From assembly GCA_033442325.1 (NCBI GenBank), contig JAWQFM010000004.1, forward strand, positions 2,111,844 to 2,175,843: a DNA stretch of 64,000 nucleotides. The letters are read 5' to 3'. Origin of the DNA: Salpingoeca rosetta (lineage: Eukaryota; Protista; Choanoflagellata). Positions within the stretch are counted from its first letter, which is position 1, and each line of letters starts with the position of its first letter. A model generated the notes under the pieces. That model did no database searches. It saw only the letters and a program-made list of their open reading frames with translations, and was not told where the DNA came from. The position numbers and the translations under genes were made by a program. Positions 1 to 13,658 of the stretch are shown one piece after another.

Positions 1-195
1 CAAAGAAGATGCCGCGCGCGACGTCAAAGTTGCAGTAGACGGGGTCCGGGTGTGTGATGAGCAAGCATTCGCAATACGCGATCATCGCCTCATACGTCGC
101 ATTAATTTTGGGTGTCAGCAAACCGGCCTTCTGGGCTTCCTCAATCAGGGCGGGGTTGGCAAACGAGAACCGGCATGCCTCGCGCTGCTGCGAGA

Positions 196-245
<50 letters not shown>

Positions 246-282
246 GTGTGTGTGTGCGTGTGTGTGTGTGTGGTGTGGTGTG

Positions 283-313
<31 letters not shown>

Positions 314-938
314 CGCAACAGCGTGTGTTTTGTGTGGTTGTTTGCGTGAAAGGTGGTACGAGTAACGGTGTGTGTTATGTGTGTGACATCAGCAGAGGGG
401 AAACTTTACGCATGCGCTCGCCTGACGTGAGAACAGGGAAAGAAGGGAGAAAGAAGCCAAACTGAACGTACGGCGCGCACGAAGAAGTCAGGCTCAGCGC
501 TGTCGGACAAGCTCGCGTAGAGGTTCAGGCAGTCAATGTGCCTAATTCAATGCAGAAAGAGATGGTCGTGGGTGTGGGAACGAAGGAAACATGCAAAGTG
601 CAAACGCAGTTTGCGCACAAGGTCTATGCAAGTGCACATGAAAGGCAACACCGCGAGCTGCAGTCTCACACTCACACACACATATGCAAAACAATGAACA
701 CACACAAACACACATGCAAATACAAACACACGCACACACACACACAAACACACACACACACACACCTGCATGAACGGGGGACGTCGTGAAGATCCGAAAT
801 CAGGTAGATGGACAGAAGCATGACCACAATCTCCGCCATCTTGTTGGAGATGTTCAGCACAGACATGAGGTTTTCCTTCTTCTCCGCTGGTATCTTCCAC
901 TTGCGATAGCGGCGATACGCCCGCCGCACAAAGTCCAT
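1..938 (-). CDS. Uncharacterised protein, 5' part (runs off the window start)
   Basis: Exon 1 from ATG 938 reads MDFVRRAYRRYRKWKIPAEKKENLMSVLNISNKMAEIVVMLLSIYLISDLHDVPRSC, with one hydrophobic stretch. Further exons at about 470-541 (HIDCLNLYASLSDSAEPDFFVRA) and 1-197 (LSQQREACRFSFANPALIEEAQKAG...) have GT-AG borders. The phase between the last two exons is unresolved. Confidence 0.55.
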
Positions 939-1052
939 GGCTGGCTGCTGTTGGTGCGCTGTTGTGCTTTCTTTGCTGCGTGGCTTGGCTTGGCTGACAG
1001 CACGACACCATGAAATGTATTTTTGTTGATTCGATTGCGGCCACCACACGAT

Positions 1053-2277
1053 ATGATGACGAGGTCTGTGTTTGTTTGCACCGCTGCAGCGCTGCTGCTT
1101 CTTGGCTGTGCTGCTGCTGTGGGTGCTGCTGCAAGCGCTGCTGGTGGCAGTGTGCATGAGGTGACATCTCTGCCTGGCTGGGATGACAAGCTGCCCAGCC
1201 GCATCTTCAGCGGCTACACACCAGCCGGGACTCCACCAGGGTGCGTAGTTGACATGTGTGTGTGTGTGCGTGTGTATGTGTGTGTGTGTGTTTGTTTTGA
1301 TGTGTGTGTGTGTCTGTGTGTTGATGCAACTGGATGTGCGTCGGCTCAAGTTACATGATGGGCGTGGAAGCAGTGTGTTCGATGTTTATCCGAAGGTACA
1401 GACAGAAGAGTATCAGACAAGCATCGCGAATTCGTGCAGGTGCGACCAATGCCATCCATGATCACTTCCACTGACGTCACCATGTTGGCCTCTGGCTAGA
1501 TATCCCAATGGAACGATGCATGGTGCACTGGATTCTGCTGGAGAGCGAACGGGATCCAAAGAACGACCCGCTTGTTGTCTGGTATCAGGGCGGACCGGTG
1601 AGTGCGGCATGGGATGGGGAGGGTGGAGGCATCAAAGCCTGAGGCTGTGATGTGCTGTTGTGTACTTTTTGTGTGGGTAGTAGTGTCCTTTTGGTGAGCT
1701 GGCTTCATCGTTATGCGCACGTGTGCACTGCTCGTTGCTCTGTGCATGTATGGTGTATTTCACTGTACGAGGCTATCCATCCACATTCACTTGTCGTGAC
1801 GCATGATGCTGCTGCTGCTCACAGGGGGCGTCATCGCTGTACGGCTTGTTTGTTGAGTTTGGCCCGCTCAGGCTGAACGAGCTCTCCATGCAGCACTACA
1901 ACGAAACGGGCGTGCCTGCCCTCATCCCCAACGAGTACAGCTGGACCAAGGTGACACAATGGCTGAAGAAGTGGCGTGGTGGGTGGAGGCAGCGAAAAGA
2001 CAGCCACAAACTCGCAGACACTCGCCATGTGCATCGTGGAATGACACTGTCATGACACCCGATCACCTACCGCAACGGCACACCCACACACATACACATA
2101 CACACACTCCTGTGTCGAAGCATCGTCTCATTGTACAAGCGCCTTGCTTTGAGTGCAGTTTGCGAATGTGCTGGTGATTGACAACCCGCCACCCGTTGGC
2201 TTCTCGTATTGCGATCCCGTCGGCCCCACAGGCAACGGCGACTCCTGCGGTCTGCTGCTCTGTTGTTGTTTGGTTTG

Positions 2278-2311
<34 letters not shown>

Positions 2312-2640
2312 GTGCGTGTGTGCGTCTGTGTGTGTATGTATGTGTGTGTCTGTGTGTGTCTGTGCCTGAACGCTTATTTTCCATCACCATCAACGCTCGA
2401 AACCCACCTTCATATCTGTTTCCCATCTCTCATAACCCCACTCGTGCTACCGCCCACCACTTGCGCGCTGGCTGCACCCATCAGGCGCGTGGAACGACTC
2501 CCTGGTGGCCACCGCCAACCACGCCATGCTCTCCGAATGGATCAAGCAGATGCCCGACTACGCCCACCTCGACATGTACATCACAGGTCTGGTGTGTGGT
2601 GTGTGGTGTGTGTGGTGTGTGCGTATGGTGTGTGTGTGTG

Positions 2641-2716
<76 letters not shown>

Positions 2717-5100
2717 GATAGGTGTTATTGCACACCAATTCTGCCATTCCATTCTCTGTTATGCGCGTTCCACGTTTGTGAGTGCCCTCTCATTGTTACT
2801 TCCCTCACCGGTGCTACGTCATTGCACACACGTGCACACATGCACATCACCTGCAACCTGCCCACTGCTCACTGCATACAATACTGTCTGCTGCAGGCGA
2901 GAGCTATGCCGGCGTGTACGTCCCCACCATCGTCCGCGCCATCCGTAAGCTGTGATGCGATGTGATGGGATGTGATGGGAGGTGATGTTGAATGTGATGT
3001 TGAATGTGATGTTGAATGAGATGCGATGGGATGTGATGGACAGCGTGATGTGACAGACGCACACGTTCGCCTGCGCAGTGCCGATATACCCAGACACAAA
3101 CACACACACACACACATGCACACACACATGCACACGCACACGCTCTTATAATGTGCAAATGTTACATTCGCCAGTGAATGACCCGCGCGGGCTGAATTTG
3201 AAGGGATTCGCTGTTGGCGACGGCTGCCTCGGCACCGAGGTAGGCGTGTGTATGTGTGTGTATGTGTGTGTGTATTTGTGTATGTGTGTGTGTATGTGTC
3301 TTTGACTGTTTAATGTTCGTTGCTCTGTCTGTTTGTTGCTGCTCCCTATTGCGATCGACACCTGCACAACTTCGCTCGCTGTTTTTTGCCTGCAAGCACC
3401 ACAGCAGCATGGTCAGTTCTCCTTCTCCAACGCTCACAACACCCCCACCCCTCACGCACACACACACACACGCACGCATTCATCTCTTCCCTCCACCCCT
3501 GTTGCTTGGCTACAGGTGCTGTGTGGCCCGAGCGGCGGTCCGTATTGGAACGTCGAGTTTATGCACGGACACGGCCAGTTCAGCAACAAGTGTGTATGCA
3601 CGTGTGTGCACGTGTGTTTATTTGTGTGTTGGATGAAGGAAGTGCCGAATATTGCACAAACACGCGCGCATTCAAGCAACTCAAACACACACACACATAC
3701 CCATCTCGCAAATGCAGGCTGTACAACTCCATTCAGAGCACGTGTACAGAAACGGAGTTGAAGCAAGGCAACCTGTCCACTGCCTGTCATGCCCTCATCC
3801 AGCAGATGAACACGGAGATTGGCGGATATTACGGCTACAACCTCTATGACACGTGTTACGCGCAGCACGTGTTTGCACCCAACCCTTCCTCCTCCAGGCA
3901 ATACTGGTCCTCCGCGGTTGGGATGGGCGTGGGCGGTGCCCTGAACGACTATCCTTGCCCAGGCGACGCCTTGAACATCTGGGTCAACCTGACGGAAGCC
4001 CGCCAGGCGCTTCACGTGCCCGTTTCCTCCACGTTTTTCAACGGCGACAACGGCGCCGGCATGAAGTATTCCCTGACAGAGCCAGACCTGCTTCCCTTCT
4101 ACGAACATGTTGTCCGCAACACCAGTCTTCGTGTTCTCGTCTACAACGGCGACACAGAGTGCGTTTCAAGACTGTGTTTATGTGACTGACCTTGTTTGTG
4201 AATATGTGTGCGTGTTTGTGAATGTGTGCGCGTGTATGTGAATGACATTGCGTTTGAATGGCATTGTGTGTTCGTTCGTGTGCGTTGTTCCCGCACACTT
4301 GCTCCTTCCCTCCTTCTCCGATGCCTCACCACCTCTCTGCAACTCCAACGGCAACACACCAACACGGCAACAGCCCTGGCATCAACTCCTTTGTCACGCA
4401 GGACAAATACGTCCAGTACTTTGACTCAAAGGTGTGTGTGTATGCTTGTATGTGTTGATGAGTGTGTGTATGAGAGTGTGTGCGTATGAGAGTGTGTGAG
4501 GTGTGTGTGTGTGTGTGTGTGCGTTGATGTGCTGCTGTTCATTCATGGGCGGTTCAGCACTATTGCCTCAATTACCCCTGTTCTCTTCAACACCTCGTCA
4601 CTACCCTCACCGTCAACACCGTCAACACCGCTGCCACCACCACCACCACCACAACCTCGTCATCTCCACTACGATCATCGATCATCGTCAGGGTCTGCGC
4701 GAGACAGAGACGTGGCGGCCGTGGACGCTGGACGGAAAGAAACAAGTCGCTGGCTACGTCTTTGGTGCGCTGACGACGCTGTTATTGATGCGGATGGGTG
4801 GTGATGGGTGATCATGGGTGGTGGTGGGTGGTGGTGGTTGTGGTGGTGGTGGTGATTAAGGAGGGATGAAAGTGTTGAGGAGAACAAGACGTCAAGAAAA
4901 CGATCCCATTGACGGTGTTCATGTCCGCTGTTGTGAGTGCGGCGGGTATGAGGTTGTGAGTGCGGCGTGTACGAGTAATGGCCACCAATCGCTGATACAC
5001 GCTCGCACACACAACACACACCCTCTCAATTGTTGGACACCAGGTTACGAGAGCAACTTCCATTACCTCACCATTCGTGGCAGCGGCCATATGGTGTGTG

Positions 5101-5151
<51 letters not shown>

Positions 5152-5361
5152 ATGTGTGTACTTGTGTGCATGTGTGTGTGTGTTTTGCAACTGTGTCATG
5201 TTGCTTGCCACCAAGCACGCTGTACTGAACCTCTTCGAGTTACTCATCACCACCATCACCACGACCATAATCATCAGGTGCCGGAGTTCAAACCACAGGC
5301 GGCGCAGTCGATGCTGCAGTTCTTCCTTGCAGACAAGAACTGGCCCGCGTACAACCCGTGA
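1053..5361 (+). CDS. Serine carboxypeptidase (peptidase S10), secreted, multi-exon
   Basis: Signal peptide; VTSLPGW...FSGY; DPLVVWYQGGP|GASSLYGLFVEFGP; NEYSWTK|FANVLVIDNPPPVGFSY. Catalytic Ser in G-ESYAGVYVP, Asp in YNGDTD-P, His in GSGHM|VPEFKP. Stop at 5359-5361. Confidence 0.93.
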
Positions 5362-5421
5362 CATGTGATGGCATGTGACACTTGATCCGTCACAAGCAGC
5401 CGTCACTTCTTCACTTCACTT

Positions 5422-5440
5422 CACCACCACCACCACCACC

Positions 5441-5534
<94 letters not shown>

Positions 5535-5535
5535 C
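5422..5535 (+). repeat. (CAC)n then (CAA)n trinucleotide tract downstream of the carboxypeptidase stop
   Basis: Perfect triplet repeat seen directly. Confidence 0.95.
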
Positions 5536-5956
5536 GTGCTTCTTCCCCTTTTCTCTGTGTTGATTCTGGTCATGCTGACACACACACACACACACACACA
5601 CGTGTATTCAATCTGGTGTTGTTTGATTTGGTTTTGGGTATTGACAGCAGCAGCAACAGCAGCAGCAGCAGCATCAACGCAAAGCAGGCAAGCAAACAGG
5701 GCACCCATCACATACAACAATGAATGCAATCATTTTGCAGAAAAAGGAAACCACTCAGAAAAGAAAGAAAGAAAAAATCAAGGAATACAGCGTGACACAC
5801 AGACACACAGGGGGGGGGGCAATTGGGATGTGTCTTCAAGACACGCGGGCGTGTACATGCCAACCACCCACAACCACGGACTGGCACGCCGACTGCTGTT
5901 AACTCCATTCACGTGCGTCAAAGTGTCCCCACGCGTCAGTGGGGTGAGCAGGGACA

Positions 5957-8640
5957 TTACGCGCTGCTGCTGGTGTCCTGCTCCTCTGGCACGGTGTACA
6001 GGATGGGATGGCTCTTGTCATCGTCAAGGCTGTCCCCAACCTGTTCTCACACATCGCATTTGTAAGGTGGGGCGGTGGGATGAGCAAGTGTGCGGGTGGG
6101 GAGGGGTGAGTTAGTGAGCAAGAGCATATCACAGCTTCACTTGCGCACACCACCACCACCACCACCACCACCACCACCACCACCACCACCACCACCAGCA
6201 GCAGCAGCGTTCACTGATCATGCACGTGACACACACACACACGTGCAAATTCACGTGCAAATACACGTGCAAATACACGTGCAAGCAAGCGAGCACGAGT
6301 GAACGGCACCTTGAGGGCCTTGAATTCCTCCTCAGTGAGGAAGCTGCGGCGGCCGTTGAAGGTGCACCCAAATGGCATCAGCTGAACACGGACCAAAAGG
6401 CCAGAGCAGCAAGAAGTAGAGCGTGCATGCATGCACGCGTGTGTTGTGTGTGCGTGAGCGCATGAAAGCTAATGATGTAAGACACCAAAGGCACGGACAG
6501 CCTCGCAAGCGCACATATGGGTTCACCTTGCCAACCCCTCCAATTGCATGCCTGCAAGCAACAGCTGCTGCGTACCTGGATGGTCATGGCGCGGCGCGGA
6601 CTGGAGGTCATGTTCGGGCCCGAGGCATACACGACACGGCCTGCATCAAGCAATTCATTGTGTGTGTGTGTGTGAAACAAACACGAGTACATTATCACAC
6701 GGAAGAAATACATTATCAGACGGAAGAAACGCCGCAGAGCGAAACAAGTTCCCTCTTCCCTTCCTTTCATTGTCTTCGCTACACTGTGTGGCTGTCGTTG
6801 CTTGCACATCAACAACACATCAACGACACATCAACAGCGCGTCAACAGCACGTCAACAGCGCATCAACAGCACGTCAACAGTGCACTGCTGACCATTGTG
6901 GAAGATGCAGTCGCCGGCCTTGAGATCCACCGCCATTGCGTCCTTGCCCGATTCGAGCAGTTCAGGCACCTCATCAAAGATCTGACACGCGCACGCATGC
7001 AAGCGTGAGGGCGTGTGAGGCACAGGTGAAAGCAAAAAGATGCGTGATGTAACCAGCGTGCACACAAGGGCACACAAGCACGCGTGTGCTGGTGGCATAC
7101 CTTGCGCATGTACTTTCCGCGGCCAACGTCGCGGTACTTGCCCTCGCGTTGGGCAACTTCTTCGATGATCTTGTGGCTCCCTGACACAAACGAGCACGAG
7201 AAAGGACGAGAAAGGGTGAGGTGGTTGTCAGAAGGCGCAATGTAGACACCAAAGCACGCGCACGCACACACACACACACACATACATACACACACACGCA
7301 TACACACACGCACGCACACAAAGGTACAAGCACATACACGCACCCTACCTGGGAGAAAGTACATGCAACCGCTCTCTGGCGTGATGTCGTCGAGGGCAAT
7401 CCAGATGGAGAGCGCGTGCGGGGATGTGAAGGACCAGTGGGGCATGTCAACCGTCCAGGGCAGCTGATCGGCAAACGCGGGCTCGTACCTGTGCTTGCAA
7501 GCAACCAGTAACAAGAATGTTAAGGGAGGCGTGCAAACAAACTGCCAGTGCGTGCCAAGGGCAATCGCAAAGTAGGTGCGTCTATGCATTCGTGGTTGCA
7601 CCACGAGCGCTTGCATGCAAGCACGTAGGCACGTCAAGAAGCATCAATGCCCAACAACGCACATGGCGCGGTCGTGGTACACGCGAACGCCGGAGATGCC
7701 CTCAAGCTGGCAGGCCATACGCCCCAGCACTTCTTTGGCATTGGACAGGATGGTGGCCAGCGACTCATGCGTCTCCCACAGGTTGACGCGCTGCAGGAAG
7801 ACCTGTCATGGCGGTGAGGAGGGGTGGATAGCGATGGGGGTGGCGACGAAAGGGCAAAGAGCACGCACGAGCGTGAGCAAAGCAAGACACGGCGTGTTCG
7901 AAGAGGCAGGCAACAAGCCATAGTTTGAGCGATGATGTGCACAAGCACCAAGATCAAAAGCAATCAAAGAATCAAGAGCGCTTGATATCCCCTCGCTTTG
8001 AGCATACATTGTCTGCACGCTCCTCCTCAGCGCCGTGGGTGACAGGGCTGTTTGCACGCTCAGCAACAGCCTGTGAAGGGTGACGGCAAAGGGTTGTGAG
8101 GCGAGAAGGCAGGATACAAAGGCATGTTGTGGCAGGAGACAATAAAGGGGATCGATAGTGCAGGTACGGCTGTGAAGCATGCGTGCATGCTGATGCGGCT
8201 GTCCTTGTTGTCTCTTTGATGATGACGAACCTCGTCCACGGCCGTGCGCCACTTCTCGAGCTGCGATGCGCTCAGGATCTGCGGCACCCGAATGAATCCT
8301 GTGTGTATGTATGGGGGATGGTGAGTAACAAACGGTCAGTAAGCTATCCGTTTGAATCGCAGTACAAGCGGAGGCACACACAGACACACACACACACATA
8401 CACACACGCACACAAGCACACACACACACACACACACACAAGCACACCTTTGCGATCGTAGGCGTTGATGTCTTCGTCTGTGAGCTCAATGTCGCCCACA
8501 ACCTGCTCGCTGACGGGGCAGTGGAAGAGGCGAACGCCAGCAGCAGCAAGCACGGCTTGTGGTGAGCCACGGCAACGGCCAGCAGCACCCAGCAAGGCAG
8601 CGGAGGCCTGCTTCATACGAGCGAATCGCATCATGGACAT
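5957..8640 (-). CDS. Phytanoyl-CoA dioxygenase (PhyH)-like protein with probable mitochondrial presequence; Fe ligands degenerate
   Basis: Spliced product includes LTDEDINAYDRK|GFIRVPQIL, VFLQRVNLWETH, RVYHDRAM|YEP..LPWTVDMPHWSF..SIWIALDDITPESGCMYFLP|GSHK, LKAGDCIFHNG|RVVYASGPNMTSSPRRAMTIQ|LMPFGCTFNG and ends ...DTSSSA*. N-terminus is Arg-rich with no acidic residues. Confidence 0.88.
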
Positions 8641-9079
8641 CTTCGAGTTGGGGGGTGTTAGCTGGTTCTTCTTGTTTGGTGGTGAGCACAAGCACTGTGG
8701 GAGAGCGTGTGTGTGTGCGTTGGAGAGATCACAGAGATCGGAGAGCGAGAAGAAGACAGGCAGGTAGGTGTGACGTGAGTGAGGCAAAAAAGGAAAAATG
8801 AGTGGTGTGTGATCTGGTTGGAAGCCAACACAGCGCAGCACGAACAGCACAAGCACGACGAAGCAATCACTGGCTGGCTGGTTTGTTTGTTTGTTTGTTT
8901 GGGTTTTGTGCAATCAAATCTCAGTCAGCCTGCAAGCAAGCAAGCGAACGCGAGCAAGACGGATGCTTTTTATGGTGTTGTAAGCAGTTTTCTCGTCCGC
9001 GCGCAAACACGACGAACGTGCGTCCGCACAAGTCCGCACAAACCACCTGCACTGCTGCTGCCAAACGACGACGACGACG

Positions 9080-9080
9080 A

Positions 9081-9114
<34 letters not shown>

Positions 9115-10573
9115 CTTTGAGCATGTGTGGTGCTCGAAGGCGACCACGGACGAGGCACGGCGCGCGCTTGTGGTGAGTGTCGAGAAGAAGGAGAGATTCG
9201 GGTTGGTGCGTGTCGTGTGGTGGTGCTGCTGCTGTTGGTTGCGTTGTGGAGAACAATGCTTGGCTGTGTCGCTGACGCGGATTGGGGTGCGTGGGTTTGG
9301 TTTTGGTTGAACAGAGCGGGATCTTTGCGCAGAAGCCTGTTGACGATGCACCAGCCGTGAGCTTACAGCTATGTGACCAGTGCATCGTGGCATACCACAA
9401 GGCCCGCGCCTCGTTCTTGGACAGCCTCATCCCGGACGACGTCGCACGCGAAGTGTAAGTCGCACGAAGAGCAACCAGCCCCTGCACGCTTATGTTCCAT
9501 GTGGGTGTGTGTGTGTGTGTGTGTTTATGCGTGCGTGTGTGTGTGTGTGTGTGTGTCTGTGTCTGTGTCTGTGTGTGTATGTGTGTGTCTGTGTCTGTGT
9601 CTGTGTCTGTGTCTGTGTCTGTGTCTGTGTCTGTGTCTGTGTCTGTGTATCTGTGTCTGTGTGTATGCATGCAAGCCAGTTCCAACGCGTCCACGCGTGT
9701 GTTTGGTTTGTGTCTGAGCACAGGGATGGAGATCTATTCCCGCCAGGCTTCCATGAACAGAAGTTGCTGGCATGGGAACAGCCCTGTGTCATCGATCCGC
9801 TGTACAAGGAGTGCGTGCACAGGGTGCCTTTCCAGTCGGCTGTCGCGTGCCAGCACTTGCTGCTGCATTTCCTGTTCTTGCCGCGTTTCCTGACACTCGA
9901 GTGCCCAGCAGCCGTCACAGGCGCTGCAGCCGAACAAGCTGGCACAAGGACGTACGAGCAAGTCGTGGGCGGCTTCATCGACCACCTTCCCGAATCTTTC
10001 TCCGATCAAAAGCCAATCCCACTGCTGCCAGGACACCTGCGACTGGCCGCCCATCCTGCCAAGGCTGTTCGCCACCACGTGCTCGTGAAATTCCCGCCAT
10101 CTGCGACTACAACACCCGACCAGCCGCAGCCGTCCCTCATAGCGCTCATCCCAGCAGCGTTTCGCCTGCTTGTGGTGCGTCGTAGATGTGGTAGCGCTGC
10201 GCTGTGACGAAGAATGGACCAGGCACCAATGACGTTAATGTTTAGCTATCAAATGCTTGAGCGAGTCAATCCACACTCACACGCACATACACGCACACAT
10301 ACACACACATACACACACGCGTCATGTCATGGTTTACATACGTACGTACGTAGGACCTGGCCCACAACCCGTCCCTTCCCTGGGATCCTCTCATCACACT
10401 CTTGGAATCTGTCGACGTCACACGGCTGCTCACGTATGTGTGTTTGTGTGTGTGCGTGTGTGTATGTGTGTGTGTGTGTGCGCGCGCGCTTTAGAATGCT
10501 TGTGTGTGATGGTTTGGCTGCTGGCGGCTCACTCATTTCATGGCACAACTCACCCTTCATCATACCTCATTGC

Positions 10574-10606
<33 letters not shown>

Positions 10607-13600
10607 ATCGATACAGCGGTGATGTGCTGGCGGCCTTCTTCCACATCACATGTCGCAAAAGGGTACAAGGGCTACATGTTGTCATGTCCGTGTTGTGCAA
10701 CACTTGTCGACACACACACACACACACACACACGAACAAACATACGAACAAACAAACGCGCACACACACACACACATACACACACACACACGAACAAACA
10801 TACGAACAAATATACGTGCACGTACGGCCTCACTTGTCGCGATTACACGTGTGTTGCTGATCTCGTGCTGTCGACACAGAAAAAGCTTGGTTTCTACCAC
10901 GTGTTTCGACTCGCCTTCCCGCCGCTGAAACACACAGTGTGGAAATACAGGTGCGCTGGACAAAGAGAGAAGGGGGTACCGTTGCACCATACATGTGCAC
11001 CTGCCCCGTAACCCCTTAGAGTCGGTGTAGACACAACGAACAGTCCACATGTACACAGCTGCACTCACACACACACATACACACACACACACATGCATTC
11101 ACGCCCTGCTGATGTTGTTGTATTGTGTCAGCCAATCGCTTGATTTCGTCATGTCGAACTGGCACGCGATCAACCTCGGCGCCGTTGTGTGGAACGACGA
11201 TGACAAAGCGTTTGTGACAGCACTCCTGCAGTCCCTTGCACACGCGCCCGCCCGCACGGCCATCATGCTACTGAAACAGGTGCGCAGTGCAGCAACTTTT
11301 GTGTGTATGTGCGTGCGTGTGTGTGTGCGTGTGTGTGTGTGTGTGTGCGTGTGTGTGTGTGCCGTGCAGGTTCGTGTATCGTTGCATGCTGCTCATCGTA
11401 TTGTTCCGCACCGCACCGCTCACAACCGCCACCACCATCGCCACTTTCGGTGCAGCTTGTTGCGACCATCCGCCCACCAGGATCAACAGACGCCTTCCTC
11501 ACCCTCATCACAACACACTTGTACGTCCGATATTGACACATGTGCTATACCTGCTTCGTTACGTGTACCATTTTCCGTGCAACCAACTCCATGCCACCTT
11601 TCGAGCCACGCAGCTCACATCGTTGTCCCGCCATTATCTCCACCATCACTTGAACCTCACCACCAATACCACCACATCACCACCATCACCATCGTCACCA
11701 TCACCATCATCATCATCATCACCACCGCCATCACATCACCAGGCCGGAGCTGACGGCGGTGTACGACTTCACGTCGCCCAAGGACGACGATACTGCCGGT
11801 CTCATGGACAGCAGCGATGACGCCTCGGATATCGATGATGATGATGATGATGTCGGTGATGATGATGATGGCTTGCGTGTTGGTGCGGAACTCGCAGAAC
11901 AACCAGCAAAACAACCAGCAGAACAACCAGCAGAACAAGGAGCAGAACAAGGAACAGAACAAGCAGCACAGCAAGCAGCACAGCAAGCAGCACAGACGAC
12001 AGCAGCAGCAGCAGTTGAAGGGCAGGGTGAGGTGCAAGGGGTAGCAATACACGTCAACACGCCACCGCCGCCACCGCTGCCAGAAGAAGAACAAGAACAA
12101 GAAGTGGAAGGAGGTGGAGAACCCCCAGCAAAGAGGAGCAAAACAGCCGCACACACGCATACACGCACACGCGTACGCGAGGATGATGAGGATGAGGAGG
12201 ATGATGATGATGATGATGCAACGCCATCGCCACCACCGCAATTGCGATCAACATCAGCCACACATGCTGCCACTGATAAGGCTGGCGCCGAGGAAGAGCT
12301 GGGAATGGAGGTGATGATGGAGGAGGAGGATGAGGACGTGGATGAGGACAAGAGCGAGGAGGAGAAGGAGAAGAGGTGCGAGAAGGACGTGGAGGGGATG
12401 GACGAGAACCAGACGCATGCAGTGCATGAGGGCGAGCCGAAGGGCACACCCGAACACGAACAGGACGCCGCTGGTGGTACGAAGGATGCTGATGGTGACA
12501 AAGGAAGCAGGCGTACAGCTGTTGGCGTTGGGGTTAGCGAAGGTCGTGAAACCACAGTTGACCGTGTTGCTGGTGTTGATGGTGTTGCTCGTGTCGATGA
12601 TGGTGTTGCTGGTGATGGTGTTGCTGGTGTCGATGGTGATGTGTCGTCGTCGTCATCGTCGGCGGTGCCGTTTGCGTCGTTCACGCGGGAGAAACTGCGG
12701 CAGCTCGTGGATGCGCTCCAGATTGAGTTTGCAAAGTACAGGTGAGCAGCGATTGTGACATGCATGTAGGGGCGGATACACACACATGTGTGCGTGTGCG
12801 TGTGTGTGTCTGTGTGTCTGTGTGTCTGTGTCTGTGTGTGTGTGTGTGTGTTTGAAATGCTCGTCCACTTGCATCAATCTTGGTCGTTCCACATGCATCT
12901 GTGTTCACACACACATACAAGCACACTCTCATGCTCAATTACACACACGCACACAAACATCACGCAATCACACACACACATGACGCACACACACCTGTGG
13001 ATTCCTCCTCTTCCCCTCCCATTCCCCAAACACCGCGCACATCAGGGCGGAGACGCTGCGTCACCAGCGGGCGTTTGTTGACGCACACGGGCGACGACCA
13101 ACACCCTCGGAGCTGACGGTGGAGCACAGGCGCGCCAACGACTTGCTTCTCGCCCTCTCCATCCAGTTTGCCAACATCTTCGCGGTGTACGCCAACACGT
13201 GTGCGCAGGAGCAGCGTGTGGGGGAGGCGGCTGCGGTTCTGGCGCCGCTGTCCGTGCCGCTTGACCAGATGTACCCGAAGATTGTTGCAGCAGTGGCAGA
13301 CCTGCCTTCTGGTGCTGCGAGGGGTGCTGGCGGTACTGGTGCTGGTACAACTGGTGCTGCAACAACATCAACAGCAACAACGGCAACCTCATCATCGTCA
13401 CAATCGTCGTCGTCATCACCATCATCAACAACAAAGTTGGCCGCCCCGTCGCCAGCAGCGGTGTCGGCGTATCGCAACTTGTGCTGGTACCCATTCATGC
13501 CCTCGGCCCTGCTTCAGCACCCTTCCCTCACTTCCCTCCAGGACAAGGTGTGCGATTATGTGTGTGTGTGTGTGTGTCTGTCTGTGTGTGTGTGTCTGTT

Positions 13601-13615
13601 TGTGTGTGTGTGTGT

Positions 13616-13658
<43 letters not shown>

